Shown here in pieces: positions 1-14,349 of a stretch of 64,000 nucleotides of DNA. Within the stretch, counting starts at the first letter, position 1. Each line of letters starts with the position of its first letter. This stretch comes from Lama glama (taxonomy: Eukaryota): contig CM052817.1 of assembly GCA_028534125.1 (NCBI GenBank), forward strand, positions 61,506,001-61,570,000, given 5' to 3'. The translations under genes were made by a program, and so were the position numbers. The notes under the pieces are model-generated. The model was not told the DNA's origin, did no database searches, and worked only from the letters and a program-made list of their open reading frames with translations.

Positions 1-659
1 AGTGTAGTAGGTGAACTATTTACATCAATATAGCTTATACAACAAAATGGATTCAACACTCCAATGCTTCCAGCCTGTTTGTCCTTAGCAGAAGTACTAG
101 ATCTGTAATTATACTTCGTTTCTGAAGCAGTTTATATAATGGCTGAGAAGTATGGGCAGTCAGGTTGAGGGAAAGAAAGTTAGATCTCTGTAGAAAATGA
201 ATCTTTTACAGAATAAATGAAGGGCTTAAAAGTGATAATCTAAGACGTTAGACATACCAGAGCAAATTAAAAAATAATGCTTTCATACATTATTCCTAAA
301 TTTATCCCAGCAGACTTATTAAGGAAGTTAAAATAACAGAAATTAATCATCTCAGTTATCACTATCCTCTCCTTCTAAACTCATCTAGAAGTTAGTACTT
401 CCGGATTTAGATCACATTTGAGAACATCTGCCTTCATGTTTTCATGGGTCAAAGGAGTACCTCGCAAAGAGCTTGGCACACAAAAAGCGCATAATAAATA
501 TTTGATAAATTAATCTTTAGGGACATAGGCACTGGAGTAGACAGAAATGATTTTGGATCCCATATTCTCCACTCTGCTTCTTTGGCTTCCATGACATACT
601 CTTCTGTTTTTTCTCCTACTTCCCTCTCTGTTCCCAAAGTATTTCTTTTATTTTGCTTT

Positions 660-1150
660 ATGCCTTAGGAGTTCTTCTATTTCATACTACTCTTTCTCTG
701 AACAACTTCATTAATTTTCACAGCCATCAATATGCTGATGACTCTTGAATCGGTTCTTCTAGCTCAGCTCTTTTTTCCTGAGTTCATATATCCACTAGAC
801 TATCTGTACTTAAATGAAACACAAGCACCTCCAACTCAAAAAAAAAAAAAGGTTTGAGCTGTTTGAGAGAAAGGACAGTACATGTTTGGTTCTCTCTTCT
901 GTACCCATGCATAACATAGTGCCTGCCGCACTGCAGACTCTCAGTATACACTTGACGGAATGAATATCTGTAATTAAACTCATTATCTTTCCATCATTCT
1001 AGCACTAATCCCACTATAACATAATTGACTGTTTACTAGTCTATAACCTTTAGACTTCGGAGGGCAGAAATCATGTCTGTCTTGTTCATAGTGGTAGAGT
1101 CTAGCCCAATGTTTGGTACACAGTAGTTGTTCAAAAAACATTTGCTGCAT
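660..1150 (+). mobile_element. L2 LINE fragments (including 3' ends)
   Basis: Degenerate L2 3'-end motifs such as CATAGTGCCTG...GAATGAAT and GAGGGCAGAAATCATGTCTGTCTTGTTCA...GGTACACAGTAG. Confidence 0.6.
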
Positions 1151-1164
1151 TTTATTGCTCTACA

Positions 1165-1283
1165 TGTCCTTAGACAAATCACTTATCCTTTCTGAACTTT
1201 GTATTCCTAACCCCATCAAATAGTAATAATAATACCTTGTATTATTGTTGAGAAGATGAAAGTTCAGGTTAGTATGTGTAAAA
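1165..1283 (+). mobile_element. MIR SINE fragment
   Basis: CCTTAGACAAATCACTTATCCTTTCTGAAC...AATAATAATACCT resembles the MIR core. Confidence 0.55.
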
Positions 1284-1485
1284 TTTCTCTTCAACTTTTT
1301 ACTATTAAAAAAGGTTCAGATACACACACACACACATAACTGGAGAGTTGGTTTCTTCTACATGCATATTGTAAGGGGTGGGAAGCTGGAAGGATTCATA
1401 GACTAAAAAATTGAAGAGACATGCACCAGATATAATATATGGACCTTCCTTATCTGGGTCCTGATTAATATTGTGTTGGGGTATG

Positions 1486-1963
1486 TGTGGAAGGCAGAAT
1501 AATGCCCCTCCCCAAAGATGTCCATGTCCTAATACCCAGAACCTGTGAATATGTTACATTACGCGTCAAAGGGGAATTAAGGATGCAGATGGAATTATGA
1601 TTGTTTAATCAGCTGACCTTAAAATAGGTGTATTATTCTGGCGAGCCCAGTGTAATCCCAAAGGCTTTTAAAAGTGGAAGAGGGAAGCAAAGAGAGAATA
1701 CTGTAGTGTGAGAAGGCCTCAACCTGCTGGCTTTGAGATGGAGGAAGAAGGCCATGAAGCATGGAATTTGGGCAGCTCTAGAAGCTGGAAAAAGCAAGGA
1801 AATGGATTTTGCCTAGAGGTTTCAGGGAGGAACATAGCCCTGCCGGCACCTTAATTTGGCCCAGTAATATCTGTGAAGGAGATTGTAAAATAATACACTT
1901 ATGCTATTTTTAAGTCAGTTAAGCTTTTAGTAATTGGTTATAGCAGCAAGAGAAACTAATGCA
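1486..1963 (+). mobile_element. MaLR solo LTR (MLT1D-like), inserted in an old L1M 3'UTR fragment (~1395-2215)
   Basis: TGTGGAAGGCAGAATAATGCCCC...AAAGATGTCCATGTCCTAAT start and ATAGCAGCAAGAGAAACTAATGCA end, with TG...CA termini. Confidence 0.8.
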
Positions 1964-2577
1964 GAGAATAATCAGAAATAAACTGGAAAATTGGTTATTT
2001 GATGATGTTAAGGAAGTTTTTATTTGAGGTGTGATAATGGTACTATGGGTAGGTTTTTAAAGAGTACTCTTAGAAATGATACTGAAATACTATGGATTAA
2101 ATGACAGATCCTGAATTTGCCTCAAAATAATTCAGAGATGGCAGTGGGGTGAGTAGGGTACTGACAAAACATGATCAGTTAGTTATCAGGCGAAGAGTTG
2201 TTAAAGCTTGATTTTTCCCTTTTATTAAATTTTACTGGGTTTTAAAATAATGAATTGTTCCCTTAGCATCTTGTGAAGATGATTAATGTGGTTTTGTAAA
2301 AATTCCAGAATCATTGTGATCCCATGTAAACTTACATGAAAAAAGTATTTCAATCCTTTGTAGTTGTTATTATTATTATTATTTAAGCTGTCTCATCTGC
2401 GTCTTCAAGTCCATTTGATACCTCTGTAGTTCTTTCACAGCATTCTTGCTTTCTCATTTGACAAGATATTCTAGATTTTCCATGTTCATTTTTTTTTTTT
2501 GTCCCAATCATAGAATCAGCAGTTTCTCTAAGAAGTCTGGTTCCTTTCAGTGGGAGGACAATAATTCTGCTACCAGA

Positions 2578-3250
2578 GTCATTCATTCTCTAAACAAAGG
2601 TTTCCTAAACAATATGCCAGGAAGTGTTCTAGGTGCTAGAGATATAGCAGTGAACAAAATAAGCAGTGTCCCTGACCTCAAGGTATGCAGAAACAGATAA
2701 TAAAAAGCAGTAAGAAAAACATAAAATGTATTAGATAGGGATGATAAACCAGTTAAGGAGTATAGACAATGCTGGTTTGTGGGGAGGGGGTTGCTGTTTT
2801 ATACAGGATGGTCAGAGCCACATTGATAAAATGGCCTCTGAGCAGAGAACTGGAAGGAATCGAAGAAACAAGCCATGCAAACAGCTGAAGGAGAGATTTA
2901 CAGGCAGAGGGAATAGGAAGTACAAAGGCTCTGAATCATACTGGCCACTTAGAGAAATAGTAAGGAAGACAGTGGGCCCCATAGGTAGGGAGGAGAGGAA
3001 AAGAGACACATCAGGTCAGAGAGGTAGCAGGAGTCAGATTCTATAGGACCTTTGGTTTAGTTCTGAGTTGGAAGGGAGCTGTTGGAGGATTTTGAGCCTC
3101 AGAGGAGTAACATGATCTGATTTGGTTTTCCTGGCCTTTATGTTGTTGGCAAGACTAGAAGCAAGATCTTTAGGCAGTCACTAACAACAAGCCAAACAAA
3201 GATGATGGTGGCTTGGACCAGGACGTACTATAGACGTGGTAAGAAGTCAT
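2578..3250 (-). mobile_element. L2 LINE
   Basis: TCATTCATT...ATGCCAGGAAGTGTTCTAGGTGCTAGAGATATAGCAGTGAACAAAA is the reverse-complemented L2 3' end, followed by a purine-rich L2 body. Confidence 0.75.
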
Positions 3251-6200
3251 CAGTTTACGTATTTCTTATGTTGTCATGGGCAGTTCATCTTCCAGCACCA
3301 GCTTGCCCTCCTGTTGAATGGTATGTTCAGCAATTCGAAAGCACCACATCTAGCAAGGGTAACCTACCTTGGAAGACACTAACCACAGCGGTTTGTTTTG
3401 GGGGATGTTATCCCCCTAGCCGCAATTGACTTATGTTAAGTTTCCAAGTAAGATTTGACATAATATAGTATTTTTTCCACCTAATATATGTATCAGTAAT
3501 ATGAATATTTTTCACTGGCAATTGAATAATTTGACTTGAACCAGAAGAGTTTAACTGATGAATTTCATGCCTATTTAAGTGCAGCCTGGTTGGGTTTAAT
3601 GTATCCATTATAATCTTCACTATGCTCTTTTAAAGAATATTGGTTTAGAGTTAATAGCTTTTTTCTCAACACGAAAGAAAGCAAAAATATCATATAACCT
3701 ACCTTATTCTTAATACAGTTAGAAAACATCTGTTTTCAGAGAATTCGCACATTGTACTACCTAGAGTTTTATTGGTCCTAATCTGTGTTTCCTCTTTGGA
3801 AACTTTTTATTTATATAAACAGGTGCCTTTTAGTTAGCTTATCTATTTTTGAAGCATATAGTAAATAATTAGGTAATTTCTAATTCCTTATATATTACAC
3901 AGTATTTTGTACTATTATATATAATATATAATATTGTAATATTTTATGTAAATCCCCAGTGATACACTATGTGGCCCAGTGAGAAGTTACTTGGATAAAC
4001 TTGATAATCATCACTTGTTTAGAGCCCTAACAATGGTTAGAAAAGAAAATTAAATTTCAGAATAAGATCGCTTAAAACTTGTGTTAACTAATTTGCAAAA
4101 TACATAACGCAAACTTAAATCATCTGCTTAGGGGGAAATGCAATTAAGATCTTTCTAGAGTAAAGAATTTTCATTTTACCTTTTAAGTGATATATCACAA
4201 ACATTTCCCATGACAGAAAGTACAGGTTCTACTAAATTAATGAATATTTTGTGGTTCAGTTTTTCAGAATTCTTTATCTCCAATTTATAGTTTGTAGTCC
4301 AAAAGAGAGGACTTCATTTCTTTGTAGTAAATTAAATTTCATGGTTAGTAAGTCAGTGGTCTGTTTGCTTTTTTAAAAAGTATTGCCCCTTAGAATTCTC
4401 AGATCGCAATGACAAATATTTTTTAAATTAACAACTCAGCATATTGTGGGTTGGTTATATTTTACTTGATTAACTTGACAACTTGATGTATTATATACCG
4501 AGAAAGTATTCTAGTATGCTGCTAGGTTTTTCCAGTAATTTGTGTTTACTTATTTAATGATAGCCGTTGTATTCTTAAGTGTGACTATCGTAGTGCTGAA
4601 AACAAAAGCACAGGATAAGTATGAATGTATGTCATTCCAAACATTTAGAAGACTTATAGATAACCATTTTAAAGTTAATAAAAGATATCTCACTAACACT
4701 GTTAGTTTGGAGAATAACTATCGGCTTTAAATTTCAAGATGAGTTTTGTGGTGCCGAAATGTATTTGATACAAAAGAAAAAAATTAATTTTTAAGCACAG
4801 CCCCATTGGGGTAGAGATCAGTCATAAAAGAAGCCAAATTTAATGGAAATTGTTCAAGAGTAAGATTACAAAGGAAAACTTGAGTCAAGAACTAACCTTC
4901 CCCTGATGTTCTCATTGTGACATTTTGCTGACTCACTCATTATTCAGTTTGAATAAGTCACTTAAATTTTTGTGACTGAGATTCCTAGATTATGAATGGG
5001 GCAAATTCAGTGTTCCCATTTAATAGTTCTATTAGAACTTAAAAGAAAAATCTGTTTTTATTACAGATAAGTAGATTGAGATCTTTAAACTGCTATCTCT
5101 AAAGATTTTATATCTTTTTTCCTATGTAAAAGTGGTTTTTATGGCAGGTTCAGTAAATGCGAAGTAGTTCAGCTTCTGTACTCCCCATGGAGAATTGTTT
5201 TGGTCTCTGTGGTAGTGTAGTTCTCTACAGAATTATAAAGGAAGCAGGGCTCATCTCATGTGCTTCCTCTCTTCCAAAGCGTCACCTTCTTACACCTCTC
5301 TCTCCCCAATATGAGCAGAGGCCAGGGGGCTGGCACTCGACAACTCACAAGTTGCCCTCTCCTGTGCTAGAGTAAATGAGAAATCCAGTGTGGAGAAATG
5401 AAACATCACTCTATTCATATGGGAAAGAACTGTTCCTTTGAAATGGTCAGGGCTTGGTAATACAAGGCTTGTGTAGCATTGTGTGTGGGCCAATGTACTA
5501 GCAACACAGCAACAAAACAGAGGTGTGAGAATTTCTGTCCTTTTCAGAGTGGCTAAAATGGGGCTGTAACAGAAAGCAAGGCTTTTCTTCCCAAGGAAGG
5601 AACAGCAGTGAGCTTAGAACCTTTATATACATGTCTAAGATACAGTCACATGTTTCATGTTTAAGAATGGCTTCTCATGTTAAATGAGTTAGTTCCCCAT
5701 GTATCTTCTCCTGGAGGCATGGGCCAGATGGATTATGTCCCATTTTACAATGACTGATGGAGAATTACTACACTCTTTTATTGCTAAAAATGTCTCAGTG
5801 ACTCAGTACTTTAGGGCTTATGCATAGATAATATGATAAAATAAAGGCATATGGTAGATGAAAGAGTCTGACTCTCTTTGAGGGCTGATTATCAGATTTT
5901 TCAATTGGTAACTTTCCCACTGTTTGAAATCCTGAACCTGATCCCCATTTAAAAAATATCTAAATCGTGTTCTTTGAAAAGGCGAAATGAAAGTGATTTG
6001 GAACCTTCCCTTTTTCATTTGCTTAATTAAATATTAATTTTTTGCCTTCTGTTTTTAAGCCAGTTTTCTGGTAATGGGTAGAAAGAAGTGTTGTAGAAGG
6101 AAATTCATTTTACAGAGTTTATCATTGACTTAGGAAGGAAAAGATATTATAGGATATTGATAAATAGCAAATACATAGGTGGGGGTGTTAAAGATGTTAA

Positions 6201-6386
6201 GAGGAACAAGAGAACACTTCTGGCTGAGATGGTCAGGGAATACTGGGGAAGAAAATGGAACTTCCATGAGCCTCACAGAATGTGGGAAAACCGTGAGTAG
6301 CAGTGGACATTTCATTAGCTGTGGGTGATAGGAGAGGACCCAGCACAGCACGTTCAGGAGACAGTGAGTAGACAATACAGTAGTGT

Positions 6387-6750
6387 CAGTCAGTCACAAA
6401 GACAAACATATGGTATCATTTATATATGGAATCTAAAAAAATGATACAATGAACTTATTTACAAAAACAGAAAGAAACTTACAGACTTAGAAAACGAACT
6501 TATGGTTACCAGGAGGAGAAGAGGGGAAGGAAAGGATAAATTGGGAGTTTGGGGTTGGCTGATACAAACTACTATGTACAGAATAGATAAACAGCAGGGT
6601 CATACTGTATAGCACAGGGAACTGTATTCAATGGCTTGTAGCAACCTGTAATGGAAAAGAATATGCATGTATATATGTATAACTGAATCACTATGCTGTA
6701 CACCAGAAAGTAATACAACATTGTAATTTTTTTAAATGTAAAAAATAGAA
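6387..6750 (+). mobile_element. L1 3' end (cetartiodactyl-type 3'UTR)
   Basis: GGAATCTAAAAAAATGATACAATGAACTTATTTACAAAA...TACTGTATAGCACAGGGAACT...GCTGTACACCAGAAA, then an A-rich tail. Confidence 0.85.
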
Positions 6751-7157
6751 ATGAAAGAAATTTAAAACAAGACATTGAAGGAGAGAGTTGTGCTGTGCAG
6801 ATCAGTAAGGTAACAAGGATGAGAGTATATACAAAGTGAGAATTACGTAATTTTCTTTCTCATTTCTATAAGAGAAAGTGTGAATCTAAGAGAGTGAAAC
6901 ATGTTCTCAGTCCAGTTGACTCAACTTCAAACATGGACACTCGTAGAGCTCCCTGGCCTGCAAAGTGCCATTTCACAGCTCAGGTGCCAGGTAGAGCAAT
7001 GGAGGAGATGTGCTAAGTGTTTATAAATGCCAGGTGTCTGGCTCTGTAATGGCACATCATTGCAAATAGGCTTTATTCTGGTGAAGGAGAATTATCCTTC
7101 AGTTATCCTAATTAATCTTATCCAATTCCAATCACACCTTTAATAAGAATCCTGACA

Positions 7158-7160
<3 letters not shown>

Positions 7161-7191
<31 letters not shown>

Positions 7192-7202
7192 CCACACACA
7201 CG
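7161..7202. repeat. (CA)n microsatellite
   Basis: (CA)14 at 7161-7188 plus an imperfect extension. Confidence 0.95.
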
Positions 7203-7387
7203 TATATCCACACACTGTTAATTTATATTATTTATATGCTTTTCTTAAAAGTTATTCCTTTTAAATATTTTGAGTGTATGCCTTTTCTCTTGCACTACAT
7301 TTTAATTGCCTTTGGGTAAGGCGCAGGCCTTCATTTGGTTTCAGTTCCTCAGTTTTTGCAGATGTTCATTTATGTATAGATTCCAGT

Positions 7388-8200
7388 TTACTCATTTATT
7401 CATTCCAGACACTGTATCAGTTGCTAGAGTTAGGAATAGATATAGTCCCTGCCCTCAAGGAACTCACTCACTGTTTAGGGAAGAAAAGACACGCATGCAT
7501 GTAGTAGAAGCAATAATAAAGTCATTCACAGAAAATTATGGGAACATGGAAGCAACATTAATCTAGATTATGTGGGTGGGGCAGTGGGGAGAGGTAGTTC
7601 CAAGAGGATTTTTGGAGCAGTTGACTCCTGAGGTGCGTCTTAATGAGTAGGGGTTACTGGGTAAATAGGAAGAAGGGTAAAGAAATGACAGTGAAGACAA
7701 CCTGTGAATAGATAGACCCCTCCACAGGGGAAAATGAGGCAGTGCGGTATTCGCTGTAGCAGAAAGAGAAAGGCAGATAGAGGTGAAAGATGAGGCTGTG
7801 GGGCAGGCAGAGACCACTAGAGGAACCTGTATGCTTAAGAAGCGTGGACTGAAAAAGTAAATAAAATTTTTAAAAAAGCATGGACTACATTCAGTGGTCA
7901 GAGAAGAGGGAGATTCTTGAAATGGTTTATTAAGAGTCATGATCAGATAAGATTTCAGTCCTAGGTGGCACTGGGAGCATGAATTTAAGGAGGACAGGAC
8001 ATTTTGGTGGCTAGTCCAGGTGGGAGACATTCAGGACATAAACCAGGACAGTTTTGTAGGGATGGAGATAAGGGGGCAAAATTAAAGAACTCTTTGTGAT
8101 ATAAAATCAGCAGGACCCATTATAACCACAGAGGGGCAAGGAGGGCCGTAGGACGTATATGAGTGGGTGACTGAGTTCAGAGTCTACTTAGACAACATAG
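7388..8200 (-). mobile_element. L2 LINE
   Basis: ACTCATTTATTCATTC...GTCCCTGCCCTCAAGGAACTCAC, then a purine-rich L2 body. Confidence 0.7.
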
Positions 8201-8632
8201 GAAGAGAGAGAAGAGAGTGAATTCACTTTTGCTTTTATCTTCAACACATTGAAATCTTTAATGTGTCTGTGATAATATTCTGAGTTAAGTCTAGTTAACG
8301 GTTAGCCGAGTTGTCTGGATGGCTGGACATACCTCGCCGCCAGTATTCAGCTTGCCTACACCCCGTCCTGGAAGCAGAGGTGACCCTGCTTTTCCTGCAC
8401 CACCCTCTGCGTTCATCTGTCATAACTTCTTCCCTGTGTTGTAATCCTTGAATTTCTTTCCTGTTTTGCTCTGTGTTCTCAGCCCAATGTTGGGTACATA
8501 ACCTCTCCGTAAGTGTGGGTGAATGAGCTAAGAAATGAAGAGATTATTTTTAAAATAATATTATTATTTGATTCTCAGGGAAAGTTTAAATCTGGCTTCT
8601 TCTCATTCTGATTCTTCTGTTTTAACTACTAG

Positions 8633-8807
8633 CACCTTCCACCGGAAGAGTCTCAAACAGTGGGACACCCACAGGCGCCGTGGCACCAGCCAGCTCCGCC
8701 GGAGGGCAGCCCCAGCCCAGCGATGAGGACACTTTAGTGCAAAGAGCCGAGCACATTCCCGCAGGCAAACGAACTCCCATGTGTGCCCACTGTAACCAGG
8801 TCATCAG
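8633..8807 (+). CDS. PDLIM5: PDLIM5 internal coding exon (linker end and start of LIM1)
   Basis: Pyrimidine tract with AG at 8631-8632; donor AG|GTTGGT at 8808. Translation (A)PSTGRVSNSGTPTGAVAPASSAGGQPQPSDEDTLVQRAEHIPAGKRTPMCAHCNQVI(R) matches recalled PDLIM5. The 175-nt exon's phase fits the next exon. Confidence 0.96.
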
Positions 8808-11800
8808 GTTGGTTATTTGATTTTTAAATTTTCTTGAAAGGACTTGATACCAATGTTGATTTTTTTTAATATTCTGAAAGAGTAGACATTTTATTAGTGA
8901 AAATGTTCTTGCTGTATTTCTATGTAATAGTTATTGAAGTAGACAGGTATGAATATGTGTATTTGTTAGAAACTATTTTAATGAAAAGTAATTCTGAGCT
9001 CTGTGAAAATAAAACTAAAAATACCGATTTAGTCAGTTACTCATTCCTATCAGAACTAAGGAAAAATAATGATTAATGTGGCTTCTCAGAGAATAATAAA
9101 ATATTAAGACTCAAAGGGACCCTGAAGATCATTTATCTGAACAAAAATAAGTATTTTACAAATTATAAAAGCGAAAACTTTCATTTAGATGGAAAATAAC
9201 TAGTTATATAAAATAAAGAATTTTAAGCCCTAGAGAGAAAAGAAGATTGGATTTTTTGGAATACCTAAGCACTGAGAGGATATCATTACCTGCAGATCTG
9301 TTCATAAATGTTTTACATTTTAGATTAGGTCATAACCTGCTTTAACATTTTTTTTATCCAATTGTATTTTATTGTTTCTTAAATTCTAAAAAGCAAGACA
9401 GGCTAAGTAGTGAGTGTGCTACACTGGCACTTACTAAATCTCTGAGCATTTCTGAATAAATGGCTTCTAAAATGCTGTGAGGTTGAGGTGTGAATGTTAA
9501 TTCAGGGATCCCACCACAGGACCTTGTTGCCTCTGTGAGTTGCCATGTTGGCTGTAACAGATCAAGGCTTGAAATGACTGCTCAAGCTTTCTCCTCATTT
9601 TTAACTTACCCTATTTTGAAATAACTAAAACAGTGGTTTTCTGAAGTTCAATAAGGTGTTAAGCCTTAACTTGCATTTTCCCATCCTCTCTTACATAATC
9701 ATTGCTTGGGATAATATTTCTGGTTACTGCTTAAAATGGTCCACAAGAGGTCTCAGTATCTTATTTAAGAGCCAAATATAAATTGGTCTTCTTTTTAACC
9801 CACTGTTAAATAATAAATGTGTGAAGAACACAGCACAGGGTACATGATTTTTTTTAAAACAGCTTTTGTATTTTAAAGGTAGTCTATGTTCATTGTGACA
9901 TTTCCAAAATACAGAAAGCAAAAATAAAAGTTCATACATAAGTCCATCTCCCAAGATAACCATTATGAGTATTTTATAGTTCACACTTTAAACCCACACA
10001 CTTACGGACAAATTTTTTTTTTTTACAGATATAGAATCATAATGATATTCTGTAAACTTTTATATTTCGCTTAGTTTGTATTTTCTGCAGTGAGTACCTG
10101 CTTTGTAAGAATTAGTCAGCAGCAGTGGGAGTAGTGACAGTGGTTGTGGGGAGAAGGAAGCAATCAGTAGAGGTTTCCAAAGTCCAGCAGAGTCTGCAGC
10201 ACACAAAAGGCATCAGTGGCTGTTTGACCTAAATGGATCATACATGACTCAGCACTGGCTTATCCTTCGGGCCATAATACCAGTTTGGTTAGTCTTTTTT
10301 TTTTTAAAGTTTCTACTATAGGGTCTTACAGAAATATTTAACTATTATAATATCTAGTGTGGTACTGCTTTGTCCCAATAAATAAAGTAGTGTTTTTAAT
10401 TACTAACTGTATTTAGGGTTATATTTTTAGGGTTGGTATTATTAAAAAGAAGTTTTGACTTATAACATTGTTTCTGTAAGTTATGGTACTTTGATTAACC
10501 TATACTGGTATATGGGGATACTATGTTCTGGATAAAAACATCCTTTATGGGGACAGGAGTCACTGCTGTTTGTGTGCTGTTGTAAGCAATAATTACTGGA
10601 TGGGTTAACAAAATGTCACACCGTATCAGTTGCTGATACGTGTAATCTGCTGATTCATGTGGTTTGATGATCAGATTCTGTGATATCCTGTAATATGTTG
10701 TGATACCATGACTGCCAGAACATCTGAAAAACTTACTATGGAGAAAATGGGAAGGGCAAAATAGAAATTACGCTCCCCATCTTTAAGTGCCTGGGTTTCA
10801 GTTTTTAAAATGCTAGACCAGGATGTAATTTTAATGTGCAATCTTCTGCCAAGTGAAATAAATATAATTGCGTTAATAACATGAATAGCCCTCACTTACT
10901 ACCCCCCTCATCTGTTAAATTTTATATTGGTCTGGATTGTCCCAGCACTTGTTATCAGTTAAGCACTAAAGCTTCATTTACTAGGGTTGTTAATAAGAAC
11001 AAGGATTAGCTCATGTCAGGATCCTATAACAGTAATTAACATAACACATTTGCTTGGTGCTCAAATGCTAAAGCAGCTTGAATAGATTGCGGTTATTTCC
11101 GAGACCTAGTCAAAGCATAATTTCAGTTCTTGGCCTCGGTGTCAGTATCACTTACCAAAGCAACGAGGCGTTGGATCAAGTGACATTCTCTTGGACACCT
11201 GTTTTAAAAACAAGCTGCAGTTGCAGGCTTGATACTTTCAGTATAGGATATTGTAATCTGGCAGACTCTGAGAAGTTTAAGATTATTTTATAATTTATAC
11301 TATTTGTTTTCCACAGTGTGATTTATATTATTTGTTTGTAATTTCTATTGTTTTGTTTTATAGTTATCTTCTAAATATTTCAAATTTTCAAAATTATTTT
11401 TTTAAGTAAAGGCAAACTAAGGCAAATTTCATGTTTTATTTCATTGTTGTTTCTTTTTAAGCAAAGTTTTTGGAAAAATTTCAGCAACCTGAGTCACTGA
11501 ATGTTAGCACTGAACTGGTTATCTCCCACAGAACATATTTTTAGCTTAAAACTGCAGAGATCGTTTTACTTTGATCTGATGTTTAAACTTTTTTGATTTA
11601 TTTGAACCTTGAGAAGATTATGAATGTTTTGCCTAAGTTGTATTATTTAGGCAATACTCTGATTAGTTAGTTGCCTTTTACAGATGGATACATTTTAGGA
11701 AATTCTATTGAAGCTTTGATTAAGTTTGCTATAGAAGATTTCCAATCCATTTATGATAGGAGTACCTTTCTTCAACTCTTACACTTGTGAATAGACTGAC

Positions 11801-12529
11801 TGTTGGAGTGCTGATATAATAGGGAAACAGAAAATCAGGCTACTAACGTAGCCAATGCCACATTTTCGTTTCTCTGGTGGAATGGGCTTATGAAAACACT
11901 AGCTTATTTCTGGACTGTGTATCTAGTGGCATTAAAATCTATTGACTACTTGTATTAGATGGAGTTAAATAGACCATTCACATTTAGCTTCTTAGCATTT
12001 TGGTGAAAGAAGTAAGGAATTTATGGTGCTTGAATTTCTGCTTAGATATGGAATGCTTCACACACACACACACAATACTGTTGTTCTGTCTTTGCCTGCA
12101 GTACAGCACCAGAACAGTCACATTCAGACAACCCACTGTGTGTTCCAGTGAGAGAGAGGATTTTAATATTGTTGATTTGTTTCTTGCTGACTTATTTTCA
12201 AGCTTATAAGGAGGGCCATTTCAGCTACCCCAAGGAAAAGCCAGCAGAGTTTTTTTGCCTGTCTGACAATCCATTTCTATCTCTGAACACTCCTTTTTTA
12301 ATAAATGGGTTTTATTTATTTCCTCTTCTGGTTAAGATTTTATTTGAAAATAAAAGGTTTCTTGGCTTAATGTGTTAGTCCTTCAGTTTAAGGAAACAGT
12401 CTAAGACATAGACCAAGATTTTCGATCTACTGGAGTGAAAAATTGGAAAGAACAAAATATTCAGCTCTATATGATGTAATAGTATGGCACCATTAAGATC
12501 CAGTTTTCAGATAATAATTATTTAATGTA

Positions 12530-12720
12530 TTCCTAGCATGTCCCAAATACTGTGAAGAATTTTATGTAGATTCTCAGTAAATTCTCATAACCTTGTGAGA
12601 CAGTTACTACAGTTGCCTCAGCTTCACAGATGAGAAAACTGAGGAACAGAAAAGTTACATATTTGCTGAAGTTACATAAATAGTAAATTCAGTAAAGCTG
12701 AATTTGAGCCCAAATCTAAC
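12530..12720 (-). mobile_element. MIR SINE
   Basis: CTTCACAGATGAGAAAACTGAGGAACAGAAAAGTTACATATTTGCTGAAGTTACA is the MIR core in antisense. Confidence 0.75.
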
Positions 12721-13257
12721 TTTAAATTTTATTCATGATTTTAACTTCCACATCTTAGGAAAATGTTATAGTATTATATTAAGATAAAAAAAGAAATATA
12801 GAACTCTAAATAAAGTGTGATTCTAATTTTGTATAAGTAAAATATTTACCTATATATTAATATATAATAAACATAAATATTATGAATATATACTGCTGTA
12901 TTAAATCGGGGTGGCGGGGGGACCAGCTTAAGCAGACCTGCCTTAACTTAAGAGTGTGGCAGTGTACTCTTCTTCGTAACGTTAGAGTGTGTAAATGAGA
13001 AAGAAGGGAGTAAATAATAAATAGGCTGAACAGGTAAAATTTCTTACCTCCCTGCCAAATGACTTTGTACCACATACTTGCATTCTTAGATTCATGGAAG
13101 TGACCCAGGAGTAGGGAGGTTCACTTTTCCAATTTCTCATCTAATGTAGAAATAGTCATTCTATAAGCAATGCTCATCGAGTATTTTATGTATCATCTCC
13201 ACTAGGTACCAGTGATACAGAAATCAAAGGCATACTCCCTTCCCTTAAGGAGGTTAC

Positions 13258-13621
13258 TGTTATGAACTGAATTGTGTCCCAGTGAAATTCATACATTGAA
13301 ATCCTAATCCCCAGGACCTCAGAATATGACTGTATTTGGAGAAAGAGCCTTCATGAGGTGAAATGAGATCATTAGGGTGGGCCCTAATCCATTATGACTG
13401 GTTTCCATATAAGAAGAGATTAGGACACAGACACACACAGAGGGAATACCAGGTGGAGATGGCCATCTACAAGCCAAACAGATAGGCCTCAGAAGAAATT
13501 AACCCCAATGACACCTTGATCTTAGACTTCTAACCTCCAAAATTGTGAAAAAGTTAATTCCTGTGGTTTAAGCCACCCTATCTGTGGTACTTTGTTAAGG
13601 CAGTTCTACCCAGCTAACACA
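13258..13621 (+). mobile_element. MaLR solo LTR (MLT1A/B-like) with intact 5-bp target-site duplication, inside an L2
   Basis: TGTTATGAACTGAATTGTGTCCC...CAGCTAACACA, flanked by GTTAC at 13253-13257 and 13622-13626. Confidence 0.88.
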
Positions 13622-13854
13622 GTTACACTCTAGTGAAAAATACAGAGAAGCAAATCAACAGCCATGTCATTGTAAGTCTAGTAGAAATACATCCAGAATC
13701 CTATTGGTGAAAGAGGAAGGGTGGGGATTATCTAGCTTTAACAACCAATTACTTTTATTTGAAAGAAATTGCAGGCAATGAAGTTCAGTAGTGTACTTAG
13801 AAGATGGTACTTTTATACAATAAATATTTGTCAAAAACTTATAAAGTGTTGGCT

Positions 13855-13982
13855 AATGCTAAGGTGGTAATCATATTGCAATATATAAGTATATCAAACC
13901 AACACATCACATGCCTTAAACTTACACAATGTTATATGTCAATTATATCCCAATTTTTAGAAAATACATTAAAAAGAAAACT
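13855..13982 (+). mobile_element. Short L1 (L1MA-like) 3' terminus
   Basis: GGTAATCATATTGCAATATATAAGTATATCAAA...CCTTAAACTTACACAATGTTATATGTCAATTATATC, then an A-rich tail. Confidence 0.7.
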
Positions 13983-14349
13983 TAAGTGCAAGTTGCCATA
14001 CTAGCACCATGGTATATAAAATGTTAAAAGACAGTCCCTGATTTCATGTACTTTATCATCTGATAAAGAAGCTAAAGACCTGGCACAGATAATCATAATG
14101 TAGCTGTGTAAGTGTCACAAGAGGTACATAGTTCCCTTACAGTAATATAAGTAATATATACATATTGCCCATTTATCCATAGTAAGGAGTCCTGAATCAT
14201 AGTACTTGGGAAAAGTCATGAGGTATCTGTAAGTATCTAAATTATCACAGTTATAAAATTGAAAAATTAATCTTGCCTTAGGAAAATTTTTAGTAATGGG
14301 AATTCATCTTGGTGATTTCAATATTTGTATATATATGATCTTTCTAATA

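Noticed and set aside
7563..8030. Longest track ORF (155 aa, - strand)
   Set aside because: Lies in an L2 relic; low-complexity Ser/Leu composition and no recognisable domain.
8622..8804. 60-aa - strand ORF
   Set aside because: Antisense shadow of the real PDLIM5 exon.
10029..10089. Pseudo-exon (T-tract ACAG acceptor, GCA|GTGAGT donor)
   Set aside because: 61 nt with a stop codon, in T-rich, probably repeat-derived sequence; no independent support.
10622..10640. 8-bp inverted repeat CGTATCAG-TTG-CTGATACG
   Set aside because: Short enough to be expected by chance in 64 kb.
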